A stretch of DNA of 64,000 nt from Cycas panzhihuaensis (lineage: Eukaryota > Plantae > Cycadophyta). This document shows, in pieces, positions 1 through 12,164 of the stretch. The notes below the pieces were generated by a model. It was not told the origin of the DNA. It ran no database searches and saw only the letters and a list, made by a program, of their open reading frames with translations. The position numbers and the translations under genes are program-made. The stretch spans positions 211,365,741-211,429,740 of the forward strand of contig CM041465.1 of NCBI GenBank assembly GCA_023213395.1, in the 5' to 3' direction. The first letter of the stretch is position 1; the number at the start of each line of letters is the position of its first letter.

Positions 1-1118
1 CCAACTTGGTATCAAGACCGTATTTTTTAATGGAGATCTTGAAAAAAAATTTACATAGCTCACCGAAGGATATGAGATTGAAGGTCAAGAGTATAAGGTT
101 TATAGGCTCGTAAAGTCCTTAAACAAGCCCCTTGTGCTTGGTTTACTAAGTTGTCTGAAAGAATGAGGTAACTTGGATACGAGGTTTGTGACTACCAAGA
201 TATTGATGTAACATTATTCATCAAGCACCATAAAGATAAAGTTACTTATCTCATAATATTTATGGATGACATGCTAGTAATGGGTAATAGTGAGCAGCAA
301 TAAGCTAGTTGAAAAGGACCTTGGCAAAATGTTCAATTGTCTAACCTTAGTTTGATGAAATATTATTTGGGAATTGAAGTAATATAAAAGAATGGATAAA
401 TTTTCCTCTCCCAAGAAAAATACATCAATGATCTTTTAACTAAGTTTCAGTTAGAAGATGCTCGATCGGTGATGTTACCTATGGACCCTAATACTAAACT
501 CTCAGCTAAAGGTAACACTAGGGAGGTAGATGTAATACTCTATAGGAAATTTGTAGGTAGTCTCATCTACACTACTAATACAAGGCTAGATATTGCACAC
601 TCTATCGGCATTCTTGCTCATTACATAACAAATCCTAAGCGTAATCATTAGCGGAAGTAGAGCAAGTGTTGAGATACCTTAAGACGACTAGAAAATATAG
701 TTTGTTGTATGAACCTAATTCGGACTTCAAGTTTTTGTATACATAGACTCGGAATTTGTAGGAGATAAAGATACAAGAAGATTTGCATCCGGTATGTAAC
801 ATTTCTTAGAACAATACCAATATCATAGAGATCCGGACAACAAGAGATAGTTGCATTCAACTACCAAGCTAAATACATTGTTTCTAAGACTAGCAAGGAG
901 GTGATATGACTTAGAAAATTATTGGAAACATTGAATATCACCAAAAATTCCTACCTCTTCGTGTGGATAATCAATCAACAATCTACATGGCGAAAATCAG
1001 ATTTCATGATCATACCAAACACATAAGTACAAAAGTCTACAGGATTAAAGAACTTGTTGATGACGACACAATTCAACTGGAATACTGCCCCACAGCAGAT
1101 CAAGTGGCTGATATCTTA
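1..1118 (+). mobile_element. Degenerate Ty1/copia RT-RNase H remnant
   Basis: Translations give F-NGDL, KQAPCAWF, IFMDDML (YVDD), YRKFVGSLIY..TRLDIA, HTKHI and QVADIL, with many stops and frameshifts. Confidence 0.9.
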
Positions 1119-1129
1119 GTTGAGTAGCA

Positions 1130-1800
1130 ATTTCCTTTACATACATGGTTTAATTAGTGCTAACAAGGTGTCCCACCCCTTGCTTATATTAGAATGCAAG
1201 TAGTCTTCAAATAAAATATGCCAAGTCTTCATATAAGTTAAATCATAATTTGTTGTAATAATATAATAAGCAATTGATGTACATATGAAGAGAACATCAT
1301 CCACCAGAATGCATGAGTCATTAACTGCTGCAACTACTAATTGAATAGGATGTTCCTTTGTGGATATGGTTCTACTAGTGCCAGTAGGAGTAGCTATAAA
1401 GTGGTCTTACCCCTTACTTATATAGAATGCAAGCAGTCTTCAAAGGTTTCTATGGCCTCAAATTATCTCATAAGCTAAAAACATGCCTCTTTGCGCTACA
1501 TCATGCCACCATGGGCTCACATTATGCCTCTATGGGCTAAAATAATCAATAATATTAATACATAACTAGAAAGATAGATGTGACTCAAATACAATATGAA
1601 TGACTATCTCTCATATAATAAAGCTCAAAATGGACTCTAGAGCAAAAAATAAGACCTTAGTACATGTTATCCCTCCTATTTGAGGTACATCATCTTAACA
1701 AATAACATGCAACCTTGAAACTACATATATATGCCTAAAGAAGCTGAAAAAAATGAAGAAAAATAAAACTTATGACTTTAGACTGAGATTTCTACATAAA
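1130..1800. repeat. Dispersed repeat homologous to ~10300-10950 and ~13700-14330
   Basis: Collinear shared blocks such as gtcccacc.cttgc.tat, tagatgt....aaatacaatat..atgact and gtacatgtta.ccctcc.attt.aggta. Confidence 0.75.
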
Positions 1801-2118
1801 AATTATTAGAATAATGTCCATTATATTTAATCTATGTGCAATTAGACCTTGGGAACCAACGAGCCACCACCAGCCGTCTTCGAGCCACCACAAGCCGTCC
1901 TCAAGCCAATAAGGTAAGTTTATATTTTAATTTATTAATTTTTAATTATTGGACTAATGATTGGGTAAAGGCAGACTCTCGCCTCCCAAATCTATAAATA
2001 TTCTAGGTATACCACTCAAGTGTTTTAAAAACTAGCATAAAATATCAAAGATTTATTATAATATTTTTTATTATGGATTAATGTGTATTGGCTCGCTTCT
2101 ATCATCTATGCTCTCATT

Positions 2119-2130
2119 TGGTATTAGAGC
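2119..2130 (+). promoter_or_regulatory. tRNA-iMet primer-binding-site-like motif of an older LTR element that hosts the nested 2584-6978 insertion
   Basis: tggtattagagc follows ...ctctca(tt). Confidence 0.55.
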
Positions 2131-2583
2131 GAGCTCACGATAAGTGTTACGTTTAATATTTGTTTATTTTTAACATTATTTCAATAATTTGCATAGTATT
2201 TTATTGAATTTTTATTGTTTTCATTCGTAGCTTTAATTCTTCAATTTTTGTAGCCATTATTATCATGCATAACCCAACATACATTTGGAGTGTTTATACT
2301 TTGATTTAGTCAAGTTTGATAAATATTTTAAATCATTTTTATCAATTTTTTTAAGGTTCCTATATCCTTCCTGAGCTTCGACAAGCTAGTGCTCTCTCCT
2401 CGATTACGAAACCTTATCATATGACTCCTCGTTGGAATCCTTGGTAAACTAACCCAACGCAACTAACAAATCAAAAATTCATTGTCTCTATGTGGAAATC
2501 TCCCTCCGAAAAACTCAACTACTCACTGTGGCCAATGAGACCCCACTACTCCTCTTCTCGCTTACTTGTTTTCTCTTTGTTTT

Positions 2584-5500
2584 TATTAGCAATAATTAAC
2601 TTAGGTTAACTATAACTTAATGCTTCATTAGGATTAATTGTGTGTAGGTGTAACGAAAGGATATGTCTGTTAGCAAAAAGACATGATGAAGAGGCATGGC
2701 CATATATGGTACCATTTTGGGGTATATTTATTTATACCTCCTTTGTATTCTAATCATCAATTCAAGATCAATGTGAACTCGTCATCTTCTTGTATTCCAT
2801 ATCACCTCTCAAACATTTTATATTATTTTATATGTAACATATCAAACCTTGTGTTAGTGGGATTTCTCTCTCGAGAGAGTTTCTCACGATATATTTAGTG
2901 TTCGAGTCCCCTTGTGAATAATCCTCGTGTGTAGCAGTCTTTGCCTCTGGTTGGCTTGATACCTAACCTGCAACCTACATATACACATACTCTCACATAG
3001 TATCAGAGCATAAGGAAGCAAAGAACAACATTAGAACTCAAATATGAGATTGGAAATGAGTAAATTTGTCACTAACTAATCATATTTGGAGATTGGAGAT
3101 CATAGATTTAGTTGACACTGAGAATAATGGCCATCCAAACTTGCAAATCATATTTGGCACCTTATATGCTTATGGCACCAACATTGGAAGCTGTACAATG
3201 ACGTTAGACTTCAAATCGAAGCCATACAACAACATCGGGCTTAAATTAGGCATCATAAAAGCAATATTATGTAGTGTATGCGAGTTGCTACATCTTTTGT
3301 AAAATTGCATCGCATTTAAAAAATCATGCCCAAATGGAAGTGAATATTAAAATAAATATATATTCAATATATTAATTGTTATTGTACAAAAGGAGGAGTC
3401 ATCATTTTATATCATTTAATAATATTAATAAATGTCTCTTTAAAGATTTATCATTATTTAAAAATCAATGAATTAATCAAGAGATTGCAGTGCAATTCTG
3501 ATTGATCATGCAAAATAACTACCCATTTAGAGATAAATTATAGATCGTAAGTCATTGTTGTAGTTTTTCATAAATTAGCCATTCTTAATCATATGATTAA
3601 TATTTTATAATAACATTTAATATATTTTAATATCGATCATGTAAGTCGAATGCAGTGAACGCTTTTTTAAATTTAGTCGCAAAATTTAATGGTGCAGAAA
3701 TATTTGATCGATCTATTATTTTTAAAGGCACGCGACGATTAATTTGATTGATCCAATTGAAAATTAATCGTATACGACACTTTGGGTGTCTTTATTAAGA
3801 GGATAATATTCTAAATCTAATATTTGGCTTTAAGCTTTGGATAAAAGTGATTTATTCTGTTTTTAAACAGTTTATTACATTAATACAGAGTTGTCTCATC
3901 CGGGATCGGCCCTAAGACACATGATGTTTATGTATAAAGTATACAACCTTTGTTAAGAAGTTTTTGATGTTGAAAACATTGTTTAATACTATTTTTACTT
4001 TAATTAATGTTAAAAATGCATATTACTTATAGAAAATGAGTCATACTTATATCAAATCTCGAAGTGATACACAAAGTAATAAATTAGTCTTTGTAAAGTG
4101 TTAAAACAATGATAACAAGACTTATCATCATGACTAGTAATCAAGTGGAAGAAAGCTTAGAGTATCTACAAATATGGACCCCAAAATAACCCTATTGCCG
4201 CAAGTAATCTTTGATGGCACTAACTTTGAGGAGTGGAAGTCCAACATATAACTTGTGCTGATGGTCTAGGAGCTTTGGGACCTAACTTATGAGGCTCCAC
4301 CTAAGAAAAGAAAGGGGAACCTAATGTTGTACCGGATAAACTCACACTAAGAAAGAAGCTTCATGCCACTAGTCTAAAGCTCTCGCTGCCCCAACTTAAA
4401 GAGCACTCATCCATAAGTTGAATATACCACACAACATTTGGTAAACCCTTTGTGACATGTCCGAACAAAAGAAGATAAATCACTTGGTTATCTTATTGGG
4501 TGAATTGTGCAATTCTTGCATTGAGGATGAGAGCAACATTAGCATCTACTTGAATAAGTTGACTGATATTAGGAATAAGTTGGAGGGAATAGAAGAAGAC
4601 CTGATTAGTGATAAAATTCTATTCGCAATCATCATGAACAAGTCGAGAACTTATAGTACCTTTTAGACCATGTATAATATTGACAAGATGTTGCAACTTA
4701 CCTCATTTCGTAAGTTAAAAGCTACTTCTTATAGAGGAAGCTAAGCTCGGACATCATGGATTTGTGGGTTCGTGATATTAGTCATGCCATATCCTTAAAA
4801 TTTTAGAAGAATGAGGATAAAGATAGGGATAAACATTCATATGAAGAGGTCACCAATAAAGAGAAGAAGAAATATAATGGTTCATGTACCTACTGCAAAA
4901 AGATGGGCCACAAAGAAAGGACTGTTGGATAAGGAAAAAGAACTTAAGGCAGACCAATGGAAAGGAGAAAATTATCGCATATTATGTACGAGTATCAACT
5001 AACTTGGGCACACAACAACATATCTCTTCTAAAAGCGAGTTTTGATGTGTTGAACCAAGATCCTGGCTAGATAGATGTGATACTCGATAATGTTGATGTA
5101 GTACCAGCCAAAAATACTGAAATAGTCACAATAAAGGTGGTTGTCTCCAGAAGTTGTGGTATAAGCCTAGAAAGAATCAAAATCTTTGTTCTACTTAGGA
5201 TACTTGGGTAAACTCTCCCAAAGATAAGTCAAGTAAAAGTGACAGATAAATAAATATGTGAAAATCAAATAGATTCCTTAAGGAGTAATCATGGAAAAGC
5301 TAACAATAATCACATTTTAAAGTTTTGTCCTAATTATGGTATTGAGTTAATCCCACATGATGGTATTGCCACACGTAGAGTTGATACAAATGCAACATAT
5401 CCCATTCAACTTTAGGATAAAAGTGAGAACTATCGTTTACATTAAGAACTGATTCCAACTTCTATAGTTAAATGTATGGTGCCACATGAAAGATGGACTA

Positions 5501-6978
5501 TCGAAGCCTTCCATTAAAAAAATCTTAGGGTGCATTGAAAATGTAATAATCTCTGATAGACAAATGAAGGAATCTAACCATAGTCACAAAAGTGCTTTTG
5601 TGGGATAGTATGGAAATAGTCACAGACTATGGGATCTAGTGATGCTGAAGTTTCTTCATTGTCAAGATATAAAAATCAATGAAGCATCGACATACCAGTT
5701 TAGTAATCCTTTATTAATAGATGTTTGTTACCCTCCTTCATAACATCTTCTAATCTCGCAAAGGTGAAACTCCAAGAGGAAGATGAAGTAAAAGGAAGAG
5801 AAAACACCATTTACTCATTGAGGAGATGATAACCTCATCTAAGCCATTGTTGGACATAATCGAGGATGTAACAGAAGGCTAATTGAAACTCAAACTAGTA
5901 GTCGACTTCAAATAATGAAAGTCATTCACTCCTACATTCTTAATTCGTTATGGCAAATGAATCCTTCCCGAAAGTAACTATAGAGGAGGAAAAATATTCT
6001 TTACATAGAAATATCCCTTCTATACAAATTGACCCTAAGACGACGATTGCACTTATTGATCAAAAGCTAGTAAACGGGTCAAATATAGCAGTTATACTCA
6101 GTGGAGAGTCATACTAAAGTAATATTTAGTCTACATTTCTTAACCTAGACTTGGGGGAGATTATATTGGGGTTATTAAGAAAGGACAAGATAAATAATTG
6201 TGCCAATTCAATTGTGCTAATAGTACATACCATGTGTTTGATTTAGACTCATCATCAGTTGATGGAATATTATGACCTATGGAAGAATCTCTTAGTTTGG
6301 GGAAAGAGTACTTGAAAGTTGAAGTATAAACAATGTAGCGAGATACCAATGAGTGTTCAAGAGGTGTTTAATGAAAGCAAGCTTCAAGTGGAATCTTCTT
6401 CGAACACTAACTGGGTTGTGAATCAATTCATATAGCTATTGGATGAACATCACCAATCAATACTCAGCAAGATCATCCTTGAGGGGGAATCAGTCTATAA
6501 GGATGTATCTCCTAACTAATAGAGCAGTTAGTTTTGCTTCATGCCCTATTCACATTAAGGAGGGATATTAGTGATATTTAACTTAGGTTAACTATAACTT
6601 AATGCTTCATTAGGGTTAATTAGTATATGCAAGTATGACAAAAAGATGTGTCTGTTGGTGAAAAGACATGATGAAGAGGCATGATCATACATGGTACCAT
6701 TTTGGGATATATTTATTCATACCTCCTTGGTATTCCAATAATTAACTCAAGATCAATGTGACCTTACTATCTTCTCATGCTCCATCTCACCTCTTAAATA
6801 CTTTGTATTGTTTTATATTTAATATATCAAACCTTATGTTGGTGGGTTTTGTCTTCGTGAGTTTCCCATGATATATCTAGTGTTCGAGTCCTCTTGTGAA
6901 TGATCTTGGCATGTAACAATCTCTATCTCTGGTTAGCTTGACACCTAACTTGCAACTGCATATACACATACTCTCATA
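2584..6978 (+). mobile_element. Structurally complete but internally deleted copia-type LTR retrotransposon
   Basis: LTRs at 2584-2997 and 6566-6978 (414/413 bp). PBS tagtatcagagc at 2998, PPT aaggaggga at 6557-6565, TSD gtttt/gtttc. Gag (IFDGTNFEEWK, CTYCKKMGH knuckle) at ~4130-4990; only scraps of integrase and RT remain. Confidence 0.9.
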
Positions 6979-8349
6979 GTTTCTCATCAAACCTTTTTTA
7001 GAACTTGGGTGTAGGCCTATTAAGAGTTAAACTAAGATATCTCAATCCTTTTGTACTCTCCCAGTGCGTGCACCCTCAACAACTCTCAAACACCGAAAAC
7101 TCTATTTTAAATTCATTTTCTCCAATTTTTTCTTTATAGACCTGTGGCACACCCCACCCCCCGCCCGCCTAATCTCAGTCATATCTCACTCATTTCCTAC
7201 TATTTTTATCGATCATACCTCCACGTAGTTGCCCATTTTACGTGAGACATGTTGATCAAAATATTTTAATTTTTAATTAATTTAAAACCTTAATAAGTTT
7301 TAATTAAGTTATATTTCAATATTTTTAAAGTCTAGCCCCTTTCTCCCTAGCCCTGGTCACTAATTTGACCCATATGACCTCTGACTTCAACATTAAAAAG
7401 GATTTTTCATTAAAAAATTAGTTAATTATTGACATTTCTTCAATCTGAAGGGAATTACTTGTTTTGTATAGGTCCTTGGTGTCTATCAATCACCTGTAGC
7501 CCAATAGTGATTTTATTTGTCATTAAGGTGACCAAGAACCTTAAGTCAAAGGGCTTAACCTTCCCTACTTGTTTTGATGCCCTAAAGAGGTCCTATCATA
7601 GTTTCTATTATAACTTTTGATTTAGGAATCTATTTTTCAAATGCCTAGATCTGTCTGAAAGGTATTCGATTATCTACATAATAAAGTAATTTGTAATGAG
7701 ATTTAAAGTTGTTTTGTAGGCTTTTGAGGTTTGGTGAAGTTAAGGCTTTTATTTAACCCTAATTTAACTTATTTTCAAATATTTTAAGATATTTTGTCAT
7801 CCTAACTTGGCATACTTACTTAATATTGAGCTACTAATATATTATTGATGTTTTTATCTGCTTTTAGAAGCTCATAATTAAATTTTATAGCTATTTATCC
7901 CTACTTTAAATTTTTGAAGAGAAGGAGCCCTTTTGGAAATAAATGCTTCAAACCGATTGTACTCAAACTCTTTATAACTCGTTATAAAGTTACTACTTTA
8001 TCTTTTAGCTCATAAACTTAATTCTAGAGCTCATTTAAAGCATATTTCTTACTCGATTAAGATTATTTTACCTCTTTAAGGCATTCACTTAAAGGTACAT
8101 TCAAAATAAAACAAATGAGCATATTTCAAGGTTATATTCATAACATACCTTATATTTTCCTTTAGATTAAAAGGGGCTCATATAGAAGAATATTTGTTGT
8201 TCATTTATTCTTAGTGTATTCATCTATATAGTAAAATAAATAAGGCTTATTCTACTCCTTTTAGCTATATATTAAAGTTTACCTTTAAAACATTTATCAA
8301 GGTCTCTTTTATTGCATTTAAAGGTGTATTTACTTTATATCCCTTGCAT

Positions 8350-8950
8350 CGATTATTCAAAAGTATCATGTTGGACAACCATAAAGTCTACCGTAAAATT
8401 CTAGTTATATACTTGGACAAAAATATCCATTAAAATGCCTTTTGGGTGTACCATTGATCTATTTTCCACATAAAGCACTATGGGTTGGTCGTATACCTTT
8501 GAGATTAAGGTATTGCATGGTTTGTAATGTTATCAAATTTATTCCTACTCCTAAATCTACTAATGCTTGTTTCAATTTAGTCCCCTTAATTATAATGTTG
8601 ACCTTTGAGCTACCTAGATTACCATATTTCATATGAAACCTTTTACCTTAAATTAGGTTAGCTATCATCCTCACAAAAGCAATTAACTTTGGTTACCACT
8701 TATTTTTATTCTTCAAGCTTAAGCATAGGTCCTTAGCATGTTTCACATAGATTGGGGTATCTCGGATAGCCTACAACAATGGTATATAAATGTATGCATT
8801 CTCAAGTTCTTACTTGAAGTCATAGGAACCTTGGGGTTCACGTTAGATTTCTTGCTTCAACTTGGTAGGATATGGTTCTTACTTGTTTGTTTACTTCTTT
8901 GCATCATACTAATCTATAACATGGTCTAGTATTGAATCTTTTGTTCTTCC
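8350..8950 (-). mobile_element. Gypsy-type gag/aspartic protease remnant
   Basis: Minus strand reads QALVDLGVGINLI near 8530-8570, matching the ALxDLGASINL protease motif. Confidence 0.6.
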
Positions 8951-9840
8951 TCAATATATTATTATAATGGCTACTCTATTAACAACTTATCCAATCCTAT
9001 TTCTCTAGTTTGGAAACTTTACATAGTTGTGTACAAAATTGGGTTTAAATCCTATCACAATGAATAATTCTATATTATTTGTTATGGATGTCCTTCTATA
9101 GAACAAAGAAATATAGTGATTTTATATTTTATGTTTTATTTCTCCTTCATTTTGAATAGCTTGGGTGGGTAGAGTTAATAATGAGGGTATATTATAGGGT
9201 GGAGTATTATAATTTACAAGAGTTTCTTTACAAAAATTCTAACCTATATTATTATTAAATTATTGTCCTATGAATCTATTTTGTAAATTTAATTAGGCAC
9301 TAAATGGTTATTGAAAATTATAATGAAACTATTATTACAAGTTTTAAAATTCTTGTTGTTAACCTAGAAATAAATTTTATGTAGTATAACATGGGTTTTG
9401 AGGATATAAACAAGGGACATTTTATAGACATGTAGCAAATTTTCTAAAACCATATAAACATACTAGTTCTAAAATAAGAAAAGATGTGTTTTCATATAAA
9501 AAATGAGACCACAGAAGATTATTGATATACCCTTGATGCAATAGTCTTTGTGGAACAAATGGGAACATTCTTAGATAAAATTATTGTAATCTTATTTAAC
9601 ATTGAAATCCTAACTATTACCATTTCATGAGCCTTCTCTAGTCCTAGAAAAATGTGATATGCTACTTCTTCTTCCATCTCTACAACCTCTTCTTCTTATT
9701 GTATCTTATGACTTAATATTGTTACTAAAGGAGGTTTATGTAGCTCCTTCTTTTGCTTTATCTCTAAGCAAGTGAGTGTTGGGTTGAGCATACTAACTCT
9801 AATACCAAATGTTGGAAAATAAATCATGACTTTGATACTA

Positions 9841-10144
9841 TGTTAGCAAGTGAATCTACTATACATAATAGATGAAAATGGTGAGTGAATGATAAAGAAA
9901 TGAAGCTCAAGAAAGATAAAGCATGTACATATTAATATAATAAAATGGAAGAATTCTTAAACTTAAATTAGAAATAAGGATGATGTACCATATGTGTATG
10001 AGAACCCTCATTGGCCAACTTGTTGTGTGTTGGCACATTTTTTTGTGCAACATATAACACGAGAGGAACATAAATATAAAATAGAAATAAATATAGAGGA
10101 CGAGTGAATGGGGATAGATGTGTAATTGGGTATTACACCCAACA
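9841..10144 (-). mobile_element. 304-bp LTR flanked by both PBS and PPT (second copy 13229-13532)
   Basis: TGTT...AACA ends; reverse-complement PBS actttgatacta at 9829-9840; reverse-complement PPT ttctcc(c) at 10145. Confidence 0.7.
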
Positions 10145-11419
10145 TTCTCCTTGTAATAAATAATTATATAAAGTGAAATACTACATCAAAAGTATAATAT
10201 CTATGTCTTCAAATGAATGCTAGAACATAAACTACTATAATGATATAATCTATTATTAATGGTTATACCAAGTGAACGCATCCACTAAACTACATATGTA
10301 ACCAACTCTTGTGACTACCGATTAGTTAGGTTGTTCCTTCGTATACATGGAACAATTAGATTTAAGTCAACTTCACCTAAGCAACACACCATCCTACATG
10401 AACAACAGGTAAGCTGATGAATAAATATATAAGAGTAGCTGAAAAGGGGTCCCACCTCTTGCCTATCGGACAATATAAGTAGCTTTTTTAGCTACAATGG
10501 TAAAAAAAAATGGCTGTAAGGCCTTACAATGGTAATATTACCTTAAATTTACCATTATGGGTTCTAAATCATATCTTGATGGCCTACAATTATGCCACTA
10601 TAGGATTACAACATGTCACTATGAGCTTATAATAGCCTTTATGGACTAAAGAAGTCCAATAATAAATGTCATAAACATGACTAAAAAGTAGATGTAATTA
10701 AAATACAATATAGATGACTCTCTCAAATAATAAATTTTAATGATTTTTTAATAAATATTGATTCTCTAGAGCTAAAATGAGCCTACATGACAAATTGTAC
10801 ATGTTACCCCTCCCATTTAAGGTATATTATGTCAATGCAATATACAACAAATGATATAGAACCTTGAAAAATATATACATGTGCCTAAAAATGTTAGAAA
10901 AGAAGAAGAAAAATAAAGTAAAAAAAGGACTTTAAGTAAAAATATCCACATTAAATCAGTTCCAAATGTTATTAAGTGACCACCTAAAATGAAGCTCTTT
11001 TAGTTATGAACCTAACACAACTGACGAGACTAGAAATAGAGTCTCTTAGCTCAAGTTATCACTAAAATAATGATGGGGACTCTAGAATAACGAAGAAATA
11101 GGGGGCTTAGCCTTTTTTGCCAACTAACAGTGGTTGTAAGTGTGCTCCATATGACCAAGGGCTAATGAGAGGGGGATGGGTAGATTCTAAATAAATATTA
11201 AGTAAAATGAAATGTTTTTACATTTGCAAAAGGATTAAATTAAAATCTATAAGAATTTTACACACAAAGTTGAAAAAATTATACGTCCACTAAATATTAA
11301 TCAATTCTACAAAAATAAATACTAAAATAAAAATATTTAAGGTTTTTAAAATTAATTTTTGCCATTTTATTTGCAGGTCCATGATAAATACCCATGACAA
11401 CGAGTAGGTAATGGTGTTT

Positions 11420-11870
11420 GTTTAGGAAGAATTAATCTCGGTTGTCATGAAGAGCCTTGTGAAAAAAGAATTGGTCCTCCAATGTTGGGACAAGTTTAAT
11501 GTTGGAGAAATCCACTATTCATATAAGCTATGTTATGGTTAACGGCAATTACCCTTCTATATCTGACTCAACTTCTAATATTAGTTGTAGCATAAACGAT
11601 GTTGACATTAAGTATCTTCTGGGTGCCACAGATGATAAGCTTAAAATTCTTCTAAGTTCATAGTCGAAGCTTGTTCCTTCTCTAAGGAAAACAACACTGC
11701 TATGCTTTCAAAGACTATAGTTAGTGATCTATTTAAGAGTTTTGGCTAGAAATTAAAGTTGAGGAGCTTTTATAACTCTACAAAGTTGATTGTTAGTATC
11801 TTATGGAGGGACAAGACATTGGCCTATTTAGTGATGACATCTTTCAAGACTAGTTGGCGAGGACTTTAAA
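11420..11870 (+). pseudogene. Degenerate At1g13360-like uncharacterised plant protein remnant (second copy ~14810-15255)
   Basis: EELISVVMKSL(EE) and DIKYLLGATDDKL resemble family motifs SVMKSFEEE and LGYLLEASDDELG, in the expected order. Confidence 0.55.
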
Positions 11871-11917
11871 TAAGGAGAAGTACTTCCTCCCTTATGCAAG
11901 CATCATAAGTTATTAAC

Positions 11918-12055
11918 TTTGACATCAAGAAAGAGGTAGCATGGGTAATTTCTAATGCAACTTCTGGTGGCACCGATGAATATATCAAGTATCTAGTAAA
12001 CCAAGGATGCATTAAGCCATTATATAATCTATTAGTTTGCTCACACCCTCGAGTA
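11918..12055 (+). pseudogene. Importin-alpha ARM-repeat fragment, copy 1
   Basis: [46 protein letters not shown] versus plant importin-alpha [41 protein letters not shown]. Confidence 0.92.
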
Positions 12056-12132
12056 TTCTTCCCATTCTCCATTATTTCATAAAGGATGGACTATTATAGA
12101 TGGGTGTGTGCATATTATTATATTATATTATC

Positions 12133-12164
<32 letters not shown>

